From positions 10,261 to 74,260 of IMG/VR virus record IMGVR_UViG_3300005660_000003: a stretch of 64,000 nucleotides of DNA; one strand, written 5' to 3'. Under the pieces are notes generated by a model. That model saw nothing but the letters and a program-made list of their open reading frames with translations, ran no database searches and was not told the origin of the DNA. The DNA comes from a virus (lineage: Duplodnaviria; Heunggongvirae; Uroviricota; Caudoviricetes). Each line of letters opens with the position of its first letter. Positions within the stretch are counted from its first letter, which is position 1. Below are positions 20,204 to 30,116 of this stretch, in pieces. Both the position numbers and the translations under genes were made by a program.

Positions 20204-20478
20204 GAGCTTCGCTCCTTATTGATTCTTACTAGGATACACATACCGTTGTATTGTGATACCTTTATTACATGTTCTGACTTTTTTAATTTGTTAATAATTA
20301 GGTCTATCATATCTTGTCTTAGGCTACAAAATGGGTTATATAAATAATTATCTTCACCTCTTAATATAGCCTTAATAATTTTTTTCTTAATGTATTCAAT
20401 GTGTTCATCAACCTCTGAATTGATTGTAAGCACTCTTTTTTCTTTGGCTTTACTTATTTTTTTATCGAATTCACTCAT
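20200..20478 (-). CDS. hypothetical protein
   Basis: 92-aa ORF. Confidence 0.4.
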   Translation of the reverse strand: MSEFDKKISKAKEKRVLTINSEVDEHIEYIKKKIIKAILRGEDNYLYNPFCSLRQDMIDLIINKLKKSEHVIKVSQYNGMCILVRINKERSS

Positions 20479-20484
20479 CTAACC

Positions 20485-20937
20485 TCACTTCTGTGCTATT
20501 CCATAACAACTAAAAAAATGACACCTAAGGTTTTTATTGTAACAAGCATTCTTGTTTTCTTTACAAAATTCAGTAGCGTTAATCCACTTATCTAGTTCGT
20601 CTTCATATTCGACAATTATTAAATTCACCTTATGGTATCTCTTTAGTAAGCCCCACAAATTCCATATGGTACGCGGAGCCTTATCATCCTGTAGGTAAAT
20701 ATATAAAATAACTGTATCATTTCCCCACCCAAAATAATAGTTATATGGTTCTTTTACTTTGTAATTTTCACATAGATTATTTATAAGTTCTCTGTGATCT
20801 GACGTAGTCAGCACAAAATCCCAATCGGAAGAGGGGCGTTCCACGCCTATTGCCCTAGAACCAGTGAAGTGTGGGTTGACACCAAAAGAAGCTAGATCCG
20901 CTAGGAGCTTTTGTATGACAATAGGGAAAGTATCCAA
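20485..20937 (-). CDS. minimal nucleotidyltransferase (Pol-beta superfamily) -like protein
   Basis: GS...DxD signature: TGSRAIGVERPSSDWDFVL. Confidence 0.45.
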   Translation of the reverse strand: MDTFPIVIQKLLADLASFGVNPHFTGSRAIGVERPSSDWDFVLTTSDHRELINNLCENYKVKEPYNYYFGWGNDTVILYIYLQDDKAPRTIWNLWGLLKRYHKVNLIIVEYEDELDKWINATEFCKENKNACYNKNLRCHFFSCYGIAQK

Positions 20938-20944
20938 GTTTTAT

Positions 20945-21022
20945 TACCCCTCCGTGGATTTGAACCACGACTATGATAATGACAATCAAAGTGTCATGCA
21001 CTAAAAAGACCAGTAGCCTATC
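20945..21022 (-). tRNA. tRNA-like, Gln (UUG) anticodon arm and canonical T arm; acceptor stem not convincingly foldable (possible pseudo-tRNA)
   Basis: Anticodon arm tgaca-ctTTGat-tgtca and T arm cgtgg-ttcaaat-ccacg read on the minus strand. Confidence 0.3.
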
Positions 21023-21405
21023 ACGGTTTTGGGCGGGCTACTCCGCTTTCGTTATACGCTCATTCCACGGGTTAATGCCCGGATTTCCAACCGCCCCATT
21101 ATTTCTAATATCTGCCCAACTCCAAGATTCCGCCCCGTCAACATGAAGTAGGAAATTTATCTCCCCCTTGGGTAGTTCCGGGTGATCAGTATCTCTTAAG
21201 ATTTGCTGTACGGCGGCTGATATTGCTCTTTTTTGTTCTAGTGAAAAGATGGTATTCTCCTACTTGTTAAACTTTTTCCAAAGACTTTTTGTGTCTTCTT
21301 TTATAATTTTAAAAATTTCTACCGGGAGTATAAAGATACAAAAGAGTATAGCTAAGATGAGTGTTCTAAAGAATTTATTCAGGTTCGTGATCGATATAGC
21401 CATAA

Positions 21406-21639
21406 TTAATCTAACCCATTTCCGTCTGAGCAATCTCCACATTCCTCTTCGTCCATCCTAAAGTCTTCAAGAATATTTAGCACATCATGATAATCTGTAT
21501 ATTCGCCCTCTTGGTTAATCTCCATACGTGTATCATATTTTTCGTAAGAGTATCTAGTCAGATTACACTTCATTGCTACCCTAATCTCATCCAGCAACTC
21601 ATTAATTATTTGGTTTGCTTCTATTTCTTTCAAGTTCAT
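21406..21639 (-). CDS. small acidic hypothetical protein
   Basis: 77-aa ORF. Confidence 0.35.
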   Translation of the reverse strand: MNLKEIEANQIINELLDEIRVAMKCNLTRYSYEKYDTRMEINQEGEYTDYHDVLNILEDFRMDEEECGDCSDGNGLD

Positions 21640-21847
21640 TTCTCCATACTTTTACCAATAAATACCAATAAAACGTTTGCTATAGAATAGCACAAAAAGA
21701 GAAGGGCTACAAGATAGTTACCCTTCTTAAATTCATATATGGTTGCGGCCGTTTGAACAATAGCTTGTATTATCATAAATGGATTCAAGTTTTCTACCCC
21801 TTTAATTCCTGCTGAGCTTATCCGAGTTTCTAGAATTTAATCTATTC

Positions 21848-21925
21848 AGGGGTACAGGATTTGAACCTTATAAGATTAGTATATATCACTCGCTTAATAT
21901 ACCTGTTCGACCATTAAGAATAAAA
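21848..21925 (-). tRNA. tRNA-like fragment (T-loop/3' acceptor-like ggttcaaatcctgtacccct) without a foldable full cloverleaf
   Basis: Only the 3' third resembles a tRNA. Confidence 0.2.
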
Positions 21926-21986
21926 TCTGCATACGTTACAGATAAGATTATGCCGCTCATTTAAATCTTATAATAGCTCCGAAAAA

Positions 21987-22070
21987 TCCGCAAGACAGGA
22001 GTCGAACCTGCACGGGTTGTTAACCCAATAGCTTCTAACGCTACCGTGACTACCATTTCACCACTCGCGG
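21987..22070 (-). tRNA. tRNA-Leu (anticodon UAG), type II with long variable arm
   Basis: Hand fold: acceptor ccgcgag/cttgcgg; D arm gtga-aatggtag-tcac; anticodon stem gtagc/gctat with loop gtTAGaa; variable arm gggtt-aac-aaccc; T arm gcagg-ttcgact-cctgt. Length 84 nt. Confidence 0.6.
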
Positions 22071-22236
22071 GATAACGAACACACCTGCTAAGGCCAATCC
22101 CACTAAGTCTGGGTTGTTGTGTATTTTAGGACTCGGTTCATCCTGTTACTTTATACGAAAGTAACCAAACGAATAGATCATAGCTGCAGCTAAACCATCT
22201 ATTAGGGTAATGGCGGGATAAACCACTACCATGTTT

Positions 22237-22464
22237 TCAAATAAGAGCTCTACGAGACAGAGCTTTTCGGGCCACATCTCTAGCTCTATCAGATCCATCT
22301 GACGTAACTAGAGTACGAAAAGTTCCCGCGTGTTTTGTATTTTTTAGAATACTTTCTATTCCACGCCTGCTAAGTTCTCCTTTAACAAACTTAATGTAGG
22401 CAGCTTGCACGGTGGGGTTATCCAATTCTTTAGACCATTCAATTCTCGTTCTTTTGCTTTTCAA
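22237..22464 (-). CDS. hypothetical protein
   Basis: 75-aa basic ORF. Confidence 0.35.
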   Translation of the reverse strand: MKSKRTRIEWSKELDNPTVQAAYIKFVKGELSRRGIESILKNTKHAGTFRTLVTSDGSDRARDVARKALSRRALI

Positions 22465-22699
22465 GTTTCTTTTCCTTTAAAATATTACACTTCGTAATTC
22501 TTTTCAATATCACACCACTTTTGGACCCAACTATCTTTTAGGTTAGGTTCCCCATTTTCTTCATTACAAACCACAACAGAAGGCTCTGTTACTTCATAAG
22601 AGATCCGGCCATCTAAAGTATCCAATACCACAGTTCCTTCTGTTACTTCTTTAAGTATATAGATGGGATATTTATCAAAAGATCCACTCTTTGAAGAAG

Positions 22700-23250
22700 G
22701 AACCCAGCCGACTGGAGCGGTTTTATCATCGTTTGGCTGTACTAGATGACTTACGCCTTTTGGCGTTACCTTTTAAAAAGCTCCATTCGGAGCACTCTGA
22801 AAATTATCTTCAGCCCCGCCCCAAGATGCTCGTTTGTCTATTGTTATTTGCGATCTTCCTGCCCGTTTACATAGTTCATCGCCGAGTGCAGACTGTTCCT
22901 TGTAGCCTGCACTCGCATCAGCACTGTCGAACAAAACTTGACGAGACTTTCTTCTCCGAATTCTTTGTCGAATTCCGCCGGAGTGGAGAAATTCATCGCT
23001 CCGGAAATCCTCCACAGCATCGACTGCTCTTGCTTCGATAGATCGCAAATCAACACGCCACACCTCGCAAATAACAAAAAAATGCACAAGAGCCGCGATG
23101 GTCAGTTTTCACACATGGACGCTGGGCTCGTCGCGGCCATGTGATTTTTGGCGTTATTGGGTCTTCACACCAAATGAAGGGAACATTACGTTGTTTGCTT
23201 AATACTTTCTTCAAGATTCTTCTCCTAATACCAAAAATATTTAGAAGCAT
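22700..23250. other. GC-rich compositional island (about 50 percent GC in a one-third-GC genome) with only short, mutually overlapping ORFs on both strands
   Basis: Visible base-composition shift. No ORF product has recognisable motifs. One minus-strand frame is open from 23087 to about 22487 except for a single TAA at 22771-22773. Confidence 0.4.
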
Positions 23251-23437
23251 CATCTACAGACGATAGTTCTTCGGGCTCAAACACATGGGCGTCCTGCATA
23301 TTGCACTCACCATGTTTATATACAAGACATTTACCTGATCTGGTATAGTAACCAAATTCAAACAAAAAAGAGAAAGGCTTTTTAATAACTTTGTTAAAGC
23401 CATATGTAGCTAACACCGCTTGTTCTCTTTTAAACAT
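23225..23437 (-). CDS. small hypothetical protein
   Basis: 70-aa ORF downstream of nrdB. Confidence 0.35.
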   Translation of the reverse strand: MFKREQAVLATYGFNKVIKKPFSFLFEFGYYTRSGKCLVYKHGECNMQDAHVFEPEELSSVDDASKYFWY

Positions 23438-23444
23438 ATGACCC

Positions 23445-24503
23445 TCAATTCAAAAAGTCAAAATTCATAGTATCAACATCATTTACAGAAGCCCCAATTT
23501 TATAGGCATTATCAAGTTCTGTTTCTTGAGGGGCTTGTTGCGTAGAACTTGGGTTCATCCAATTGTTTACCCAACCACCTATAGGATTTTTAGTATTAAA
23601 CTCTTTCTCAAATCCAATATTCGTTAATCTGCTGTCTGTCAGCCACTCAATATACCCATGAAGAATGTGCTCATTTAGTCCAATAATCGCCCCATTTTTA
23701 AATAAGTGGGTCGCCCAATCCTTTTCTTGTTGGGCCGCCTCAATAAACATTAGTCTAGATTCCCCAGCTAGATCTTTAGCCACTTCTACAAAGCCCTCGT
23801 CTTTTTCTTTTTGTAGAATATCTATAATAGACTTTGTAATGGTTAAGTGAATAGCCTCATCTGCCCGAATCTTACTAATAATCTTAGCATTACCGATCAT
23901 CTTTTTGTTTTCAGCAAACGCAAAAGAACAAACAAAAGACACATAAAACCTAAGGGCTTCTAAAACATTAACACTTATTAGGGTCAAGTATATTTGTTCT
24001 TTTATATCTCTTGTGCCAAACTTAAGATTATCATACTGTTGAGACGCTACTTCTGCCCTTTTCATAATCTCTACATTTTGTAATATCCCGTCAAAAATTT
24101 CACTTGAACTCGGATAAACAGCCTGTATTACGGTTGAATATGATTTTGAGTGTATATTTTCATAAAATGCCCACGCACTCATACAGGTTTCTAGTTCGGT
24201 ATTTGTAACATGGTCCATTAGAATAGGAACACCCCTACTAATTACAGAGTCTAGTAAAGTTTGATATTGTAAGTTAGATGTAAAAATAAACCGTTCATTT
24301 TCATTCATATTCTTAAAATCTGTTTTATCTTGGGCCAAATTAAATTCATTCGGGGTCCAAAATAAGTCGGTTTGTTTGTCGAATAGGGATACGAATATTG
24401 GGTACTTGGGATCGTCATATCTTTGAATTGATAGATCTTCCCCTAGGAAAAGTGGCTGTGTTTTATTGTCTACTAAATTTCTATTTAAAATAGTTTTTTT
24501 CAT
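23445..24503 (-). CDS. nrdB: ribonucleotide reductase class Ia beta subunit
   Basis: Di-iron ligand pattern (E..H twice) and 352 aa. Immediately downstream of nrdA. Confidence 0.8.
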   Translation of the reverse strand: MKKTILNRNLVDNKTQPLFLGEDLSIQRYDDPKYPIFVSLFDKQTDLFWTPNEFNLAQDKTDFKNMNENERFIFTSNLQYQTLLDSVISRGVPILMDHVTNTELETCMSAWAFYENIHSKSYSTVIQAVYPSSSEIFDGILQNVEIMKRAEVASQQYDNLKFGTRDIKEQIYLTLISVNVLEALRFYVSFVCSFAFAENKKMIGNAKIISKIRADEAIHLTITKSIIDILQKEKDEGFVEVAKDLAGESRLMFIEAAQQEKDWATHLFKNGAIIGLNEHILHGYIEWLTDSRLTNIGFEKEFNTKNPIGGWVNNWMNPSSTQQAPQETELDNAYKIGASVNDVDTMNFDFLN

Positions 24504-24512
24504 TTGTTTTTT

Positions 24513-27500
24513 CTAAATTGAACAGGCCCCACCAGAACACCCTGACTCAACAGTCATATCGTCGGTGCCGTCTGGGGTTACTAAGTAATACAGGTTTTTA
24601 ATACCCAATTTGTGTGAGTATATCATTTGTTTAATTATTTCAGATAGTGGAATTTTACCATTAGGATAATTATTATAATCCATAAAAAGATTTAGAGATA
24701 TACTCATACATATCCATCTTTGCATTGATGCATAGATTTTAATATGATGGAGCTGATCTACCATTTCAAATGCTGTTGTGTAATAATTCTTATTTTTAGG
24801 CCAAGACGGAGGAATAACCTTAATTGCCCCAGAGCCAGATTTTTTAGTAGTCAAAAAACTACGTATTGCATCTACCCCATTTGTAGAATTTTGCACAACC
24901 GAAGACGATTCTACCGGCATTTCTGCAAGTAATGTAGAATTCATAAGACCGAACTCTAATATTCTTCCACGTAATTTTTCCCAATCCATTTTAGGTTTAT
25001 CTAAAAACTTTAACTCTTTAGCTGTGTCAATTGGTAAAATTCCATCTGCCCATTTAGTTTTTTCAAACCAAGGCATTCTTTCACCCAACTCTTCTGCTAT
25101 TTTACAAGAGGCACTTATCATATAATAGGAAACTTTTTCAAAAATATCAGAGGTTTCCTGCAGTACTTCTTGAGATGTAAGCTTTATCTTTTTGCTAGCC
25201 ATATAGGCCGCATAATTAGTGATTCCTATCCCTAGCGACCTATAGTTCTTACAAAAGTTTTCTGCTGCCGGGAATCTATACTCTTGAGAATCTATGACTT
25301 CGTGCAATATTCTAGATATAATATAGCACACACTTTCATACTCTTCTTCTTTTGTTGTAAGAACATTAACAGCAGATAGCACGCACACACCAATTAATCC
25401 ATCAGGGTCCTGTAGGTGTTGTACTGGTTTAAGTGGGTGAACGACCTCTTGGCAATTTCCAGTTAAAATCCCATTAAATACAGCTTTATGTTCTAACGGC
25501 TCATTTAAACAATACGTATCATCTTTTCTACCGTCGTCCGTTATATTGGCTACCGTAATAAATTGAGATGCCTCTCTCTGTGGTAATCTTTGATTAAATT
25601 TTAATCTATTTGTTTTAAACCCCATCAATGAAAGCTTATATAAATCATTTGAATTTATTAATAGTCTTTTTGTTTCCTTGCATGAGAATAATTTATACCC
25701 GCCACGACCATCTGGTAAAAGTCTGTCTCCAGTTTCTACTCCATTTACAATTTTACTATTTATACCAAGGGTTTGAAGCATTAATTGTAATTCATAAATA
25801 AATTCTTGCTCTATAGAAGAAACCTGTATTGACTCATTTGTTCCATTTCTAGCTATAGTTCCATCTCCATCTAAATAACCAGCTAACCAAGCGAGTTTTA
25901 TTTTAACCGAAGAGTTAGTTGGTATTTTAAATTTCATAGGCATATCTTCATGCATTACAACATTTCTTCTACCAGAGGTGTCTTCTCCTCTATCTTTTTT
26001 AATATCTAGAAACTTAACAAGATTTTTCTTTTCTCCATATAGAGATATTCTTCTTGCCGATCCAGTCTCATGTGTTCCGTCAGCACAAAATAGTCCGTGG
26101 GTATATGGATATTTAAAATCTTCTGATCCATCTACAATAGGTAGATCAAATTTACATAGCTTGTCACCCACCTTAAGATCTTTAGTTTCTTTAATGGTTA
26201 ACTTACCCTTAACTTGATCTGCATATGACTCAACAATATACCACTTGTGGTATGGTGTGCATTCTAAATATTTACCATCTGAAAGTATAACTTTAACAAG
26301 TTTTTTATTAACCCCAGTTTTTACAACTTGCGTTTTTGACCATTGTTTACCATTCCAAACAGATACAATTTCATTTTCTAGTTCACGTATTGGAATGTGA
26401 CCATCTTTCGTTAGTAACAATGTCTCTGGAGCAACACACAAATTACTAGTAGTAACTCTTTCTTTAAAAGTACTGTGCTCATTCACATTATCTATGTGCA
26501 TAATATATATACGGCCAGTTTCAAGTCTTTCTTTTGCTATTTGGTTTAATAACTCAGATGCCTTTATTCTCTTTGAGAACTTTCCCCCTTTTTCTTCTGC
26601 TCTTGTGTAGATCTCATCAAATTCGGGTAGTCCAAAACTATTATAAACCTCGGGAAATTCATGATAACTCATTAAGGTAACGTCCTCACCCTTCATAAAT
26701 CTATTATAAAGAATTCCACTAATCTGTATACAATAATCCATCCATCTTACCTTATTTTCATCCGCCCCCTTATTATTCTTATAAGTGAGAATATCCTCTA
26801 TCTCTGGATGAAAGAATGGGAAATTTATTGTAGCAGAACCTTTTCTAATTCCTCCTTGTGAGGTTGAATTAACAGAACTTTCAAGTAGCTTTGCAAACGG
26901 GCGAATACCTGTATGTTTAACTTCCCCGTTTCTAATAGGGGCATTTCTAGCCCGGATAGATCCCATGTCTAAGCCAATTCCAGACCTATCTGCTACATAC
27001 TGCCCGACTATATGACTAGACGAAAAGATGGAGTTTAATGTATCATCAATTTTAATTAATATACAGCTTGAGTAATTCTTTAGTTTAGTTCTTACGCCAG
27101 CTAAAATGGGGGTAGGGAGATTTATTTTAAACAAAGAAAGATAATCATAAGTTTTCTTTATTAAGTCTAATCTATTCTCGTAACTCTTAAATAAAACCAT
27201 TGGAATTAATATAAAAGCGAATTGGGGAGTTTCATATATTTTCCCCGTTGATCTATCCTTAATTAGATACTTATCACACATTTGCTGAATACCAGCGTGG
27301 GTAAACATAAAGTCTCTATCATGTTTAACCATTTTATTTATTTTGTGTATTTCAGACTCTGAGTATTCCTTTAGTATGTCCTCATTGTAAATAGTCTTAT
27401 TTTTTCTAAGATGGTCATACAACCTAGGTGGGTCACTTTCTCCCCAGACTTGTTTTCTTAGGGCGTATGTCCGCAGCCTCCCGGCAACATATTGATAATT

Positions 27501-27719
27501 AGGATTATCTAATGTTATTAGGTCATACGCCGATCTTACTAATATCTCTTGTATATCAGAGGTTTTCATCTTATTTGATATTGAAATCTTAGCGTTCATG
27601 GCTACATCACTAGCTGATACGTCACTTAAATCGCTACATGCCCACTCAAGGACTTTGTTAATTTTTTCAGCATTAAATTCTTCTAATTTACCATTTCTCT
27701 TTTTTATTTGTAAAGTCAC
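24513..27719 (-). CDS. nrdA: ribonucleotide reductase class Ia alpha subunit containing an intein
   Basis: N-terminal ATP-cone, then SNL-C...N-CQEV. The extein is about 740 aa. The 328-aa insert has Hint blocks and LAGLIDADG motifs. Confidence 0.9.
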   Translation of the reverse strand: MTLQIKKRNGKLEEFNAEKINKVLEWACSDLSDVSASDVAMNAKISISNKMKTSDIQEILVRSAYDLITLDNPNYQYVAGRLRTYALRKQVWGESDPPRLYDHLRKNKTIYNEDILKEYSESEIHKINKMVKHDRDFMFTHAGIQQMCDKYLIKDRSTGKIYETPQFAFILIPMVLFKSYENRLDLIKKTYDYLSLFKINLPTPILAGVRTKLKNYSSCILIKIDDTLNSIFSSSHIVGQYVADRSGIGLDMGSIRARNAPIRNGEVKHTGIRPFAKLLESSVNSTSQGGIRKGSATINFPFFHPEIEDILTYKNNKGADENKVRWMDYCIQISGILYNRFMKGEDVTLMSYHEFPEVYNSFGLPEFDEIYTRAEEKGGKFSKRIKASELLNQIAKERLETGRIYIMHIDNVNEHSTFKERVTTSNLCVAPETLLLTKDGHIPIRELENEIVSVWNGKQWSKTQVVKTGVNKKLVKVILSDGKYLECTPYHKWYIVESYADQVKGKLTIKETKDLKVGDKLCKFDLPIVDGSEDFKYPYTHGLFCADGTHETGSARRISLYGEKKNLVKFLDIKKDRGEDTSGRRNVVMHEDMPMKFKIPTNSSVKIKLAWLAGYLDGDGTIARNGTNESIQVSSIEQEFIYELQLMLQTLGINSKIVNGVETGDRLLPDGRGGYKLFSCKETKRLLINSNDLYKLSLMGFKTNRLKFNQRLPQREASQFITVANITDDGRKDDTYCLNEPLEHKAVFNGILTGNCQEVVHPLKPVQHLQDPDGLIGVCVLSAVNVLTTKEEEYESVCYIISRILHEVIDSQEYRFPAAENFCKNYRSLGIGITNYAAYMASKKIKLTSQEVLQETSDIFEKVSYYMISASCKIAEELGERMPWFEKTKWADGILPIDTAKELKFLDKPKMDWEKLRGRILEFGLMNSTLLAEMPVESSSVVQNSTNGVDAIRSFLTTKKSGSGAIKVIPPSWPKNKNYYTTAFEMVDQLHHIKIYASMQRWICMSISLNLFMDYNNYPNGKIPLSEIIKQMIYSHKLGIKNLYYLVTPDGTDDMTVESGCSGGACSI
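25455..26438 (-). mobile_element. intein (residues 428-755 of NrdA) with LAGLIDADG homing-endonuclease domain, inserted at the thiyl-radical Cys (SNL|C)
   Basis: Starts CVAPETLLLTKDG (block A). TPYH (block B). HGLFCADGT and LAGYLDGDGT motifs. Ends ...TGN followed by +1 Cys. Confidence 0.8.
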
Positions 27720-27819
27720 TATCGTTCTTTCATGTACTAAATTCTCCTGTAATTAAAAGTTAAAACCGAAAATATTACTTAAAAATCTTTGTGGGCAACA
27801 AGCCCGTACTACATATGTC

Positions 27820-28173
27820 TCACCAGTCGTAGGTAAAGCTCCATATAAACTTATCTAATATTTCTTCTTTAAGCTGGTCAATATTTATTTTGGGATAAGT
27901 TTCCCCATTATCAAGCTCTATGCTATTGATAACATTTATTAATTTTACTGTTTCGTACCTACTCACTGAATAATCCCCGTCGTATGATATAAAGTTTTTG
28001 GGTAATGATTTAAATTTTTCTACATAAACTTTATTTACACCAACTAGATGTCCGCACATTTCAAATATTTCCCACCGTAATTTTAGTGGTATATTCTTGT
28101 CCTGACAATAAGACTTAACTGTATCACCAAGGCCCGCTAATGTTTTTAGTATAGCCTCTATTGTTTCTTTCAA
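27820..28173 (-). CDS. hypothetical protein
   Basis: 117-aa ORF. Confidence 0.4.
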   Translation of the reverse strand: MKETIEAILKTLAGLGDTVKSYCQDKNIPLKLRWEIFEMCGHLVGVNKVYVEKFKSLPKNFISYDGDYSVSRYETVKLINVINSIELDNGETYPKINIDQLKEEILDKFIWSFTYDW

Positions 28174-28350
28174 GTTATAATCTCCTGCCTAATTCATTTA
28201 GCCTAATGGCAACTTCATACTGTTTTATTTCATCGTCTACATTGAGCTTTAGAGATGGGTGACAATGCTCATCTATTTCTTTTTGATCGCACCCTAATAT
28301 CTTCATCCATTCTGCCCTAATTTCGTGGGCGGTTTTACCGATCACGCTTT

Positions 28351-28623
28351 TCAAGATCTTGGCTCCTTCTTTATGTATTCTTCAACATTCATCTCTTTTA
28401 ATTGATAAAACCTAAAGCCTCGTTCATCGCCCCAAAAGCCATTCCCTTTAATATAAAATACAAAAGAGGTTCGACCTAAGAACAATTGCTCAAATTCTTC
28501 ACCCTTATATTTAGTTTTTAAGTCTCTAAACTGTGGGAAGATATCTTCAAAGGTTCCGCAGTCAATCACAACCCTATCAATGTTATCAAAATCTTCAACA
28601 AAGAGCTCTAGTACCCAATTCAT
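28351..28623 (-). CDS. hypothetical protein
   Basis: 90-aa ORF. Confidence 0.4.
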   Translation of the reverse strand: MNWVLELFVEDFDNIDRVVIDCGTFEDIFPQFRDLKTKYKGEEFEQLFLGRTSFVFYIKGNGFWGDERGFRFYQLKEMNVEEYIKKEPRS

Positions 28624-28641
28624 AAGGACAGCCTTTCAAAG

Positions 28642-28860
28642 TTACATCTTTCTTCCAGTTGGTTCAGTTAGTGGGGTATTACCCCACTCACACTCTTGGA
28701 GATACGTAGATTTTAAATTATGTGTTTCATTTTCCTCATTTATGTCTACGAGTAGTGTTTTACCAGAGTAATATATTTTAACTATCTCTGTTACTTCATT
28801 ATTCCATTTAACCCAATAATATCCGGGTCTGCTTGGCTTTGTTTTGGTCCAGTATTGCAA
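28642..28860 (-). CDS. hypothetical protein
   Basis: 72-aa ORF. Confidence 0.35.
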   Translation of the reverse strand: MQYWTKTKPSRPGYYWVKWNNEVTEIVKIYYSGKTLLVDINEENETHNLKSTYLQECEWGNTPLTEPTGRKM

Positions 28861-28872
28861 GATTATGATCCT

Positions 28873-30102
28873 TTAAGAACGTAAAATTTTTGCTTGTAAA
28901 TCAGATTGTGATACAGGAAAGGTTAAGGTATCAAGTAAATATAACTTAGATACATCTATGAACTCTATCATTGCTTTAGCCATACATTTGTCCGCAGCCC
29001 CCATCTCTACCCTTATATCAAAACGCCCAGATCTAGTAAGAGCCTCATCTAGAATTTCTAAATTGTTAGTAGTGGCAAATACGACGGAACCCTCGGGAAG
29101 ATCAACACCGTCTAACATGCGTAGAATAAGAGATAGATCGGAAGACTTTTCATTTTCTTCTGTTCTTTTATGTAAACATTTATGACAATCTATATCTTCT
29201 AGTACAATAAATGGGCAATCTTTTAATTTTGCCAAATTTTTAAGGACCGAAGTTAGGTTTTTATTATTTTCACTAAAATCAACGTACAAAATGTTCTTGT
29301 TGTATTTGGTCGCTAATGCTTGTATAAGCGAACTTTTTCCGGTACCGGGTGGCCCATGAAGCAATATTCCTAAATTTTTATTTTGCCCAAGCTTTGTAAA
29401 TCTTACATCTTCGTGAAAAGAAGACTCTATGGCGTGGTCTATGGTCAACAGGTCTACCTTATCCATAAAAATAGAGTCAATAGATCTTGGTTTTATTTCT
29501 CTTATTTTGTATTCATCACCGTAATCGCCCATTTTATAATAACTTGGCTTTTTGGTATTTAGTTCATGAAAAGAAGTGAATTCTTCGTAAAAATTGTTAC
29601 GGTTCTGCCTAGGAGAAACCCCCATAAAGTATACACTAATAGTTTCTGTTTTGTCTTGTGTGTGGTTAGAAGAATCTTGAGAGACAGCAACTTTAACTAC
29701 CGTGTGCCAGTTATAAATAAACCAATGGGCCCCAAAACCTATTTGGTGTAGTGAGTTTAATCTATTGGGTCTTTTGGGCGTTATATTTTTATGTGTTCTT
29801 GTCCCATCTAAACTAAAATTTACACGGTACGCTTCACTTTTTTTACCAACATACTCTTCTGTTATTTTAATGCTTTTAGGGTTTTTAATAAATCGTGAAA
29901 TAAAAGAACTAAAGCTATTATAGTAGTCAACTTCTCTATGGGAAGATATTGTAATTTCTCTAATAAAGAAACTTCTAAAGATACTCCAAGCAAACATAAA
30001 CCAATTTTTGGCATATGCTAAAATAGTAAAGCTAAGACTACCACCTATGGCTCCAGATAAGAATTGATTTGTTTTAACTTGGTCTAAGATCCAATCGTAC
30101 AT
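28873..30102 (-). CDS. AAA ATPase, BCS1-like (N-terminal membrane anchor)
   Basis: Walker A GPPGTGKSS. Walker B FIVLEDID. SRH ...TTNNLEILDEALTRSGRFD. Confidence 0.65.
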   Translation of the reverse strand: MYDWILDQVKTNQFLSGAIGGSLSFTILAYAKNWFMFAWSIFRSFFIREITISSHREVDYYNSFSSFISRFIKNPKSIKITEEYVGKKSEAYRVNFSLDGTRTHKNITPKRPNRLNSLHQIGFGAHWFIYNWHTVVKVAVSQDSSNHTQDKTETISVYFMGVSPRQNRNNFYEEFTSFHELNTKKPSYYKMGDYGDEYKIREIKPRSIDSIFMDKVDLLTIDHAIESSFHEDVRFTKLGQNKNLGILLHGPPGTGKSSLIQALATKYNKNILYVDFSENNKNLTSVLKNLAKLKDCPFIVLEDIDCHKCLHKRTEENEKSSDLSLILRMLDGVDLPEGSVVFATTNNLEILDEALTRSGRFDIRVEMGAADKCMAKAMIEFIDVSKLYLLDTLTFPVSQSDLQAKILRS

Positions 30103-30116
30103 AATAATACTTATCC

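Noticed and set aside
22691-23253. Several 60-116-aa ORFs on both strands inside the GC-rich island, taken as real genes.
   Set aside because: They are mutually overlapping, motif-less and Arg/Leu/Ser-rich, as expected for random ORFs in GC-rich DNA. The region is reported as a compositional island instead.
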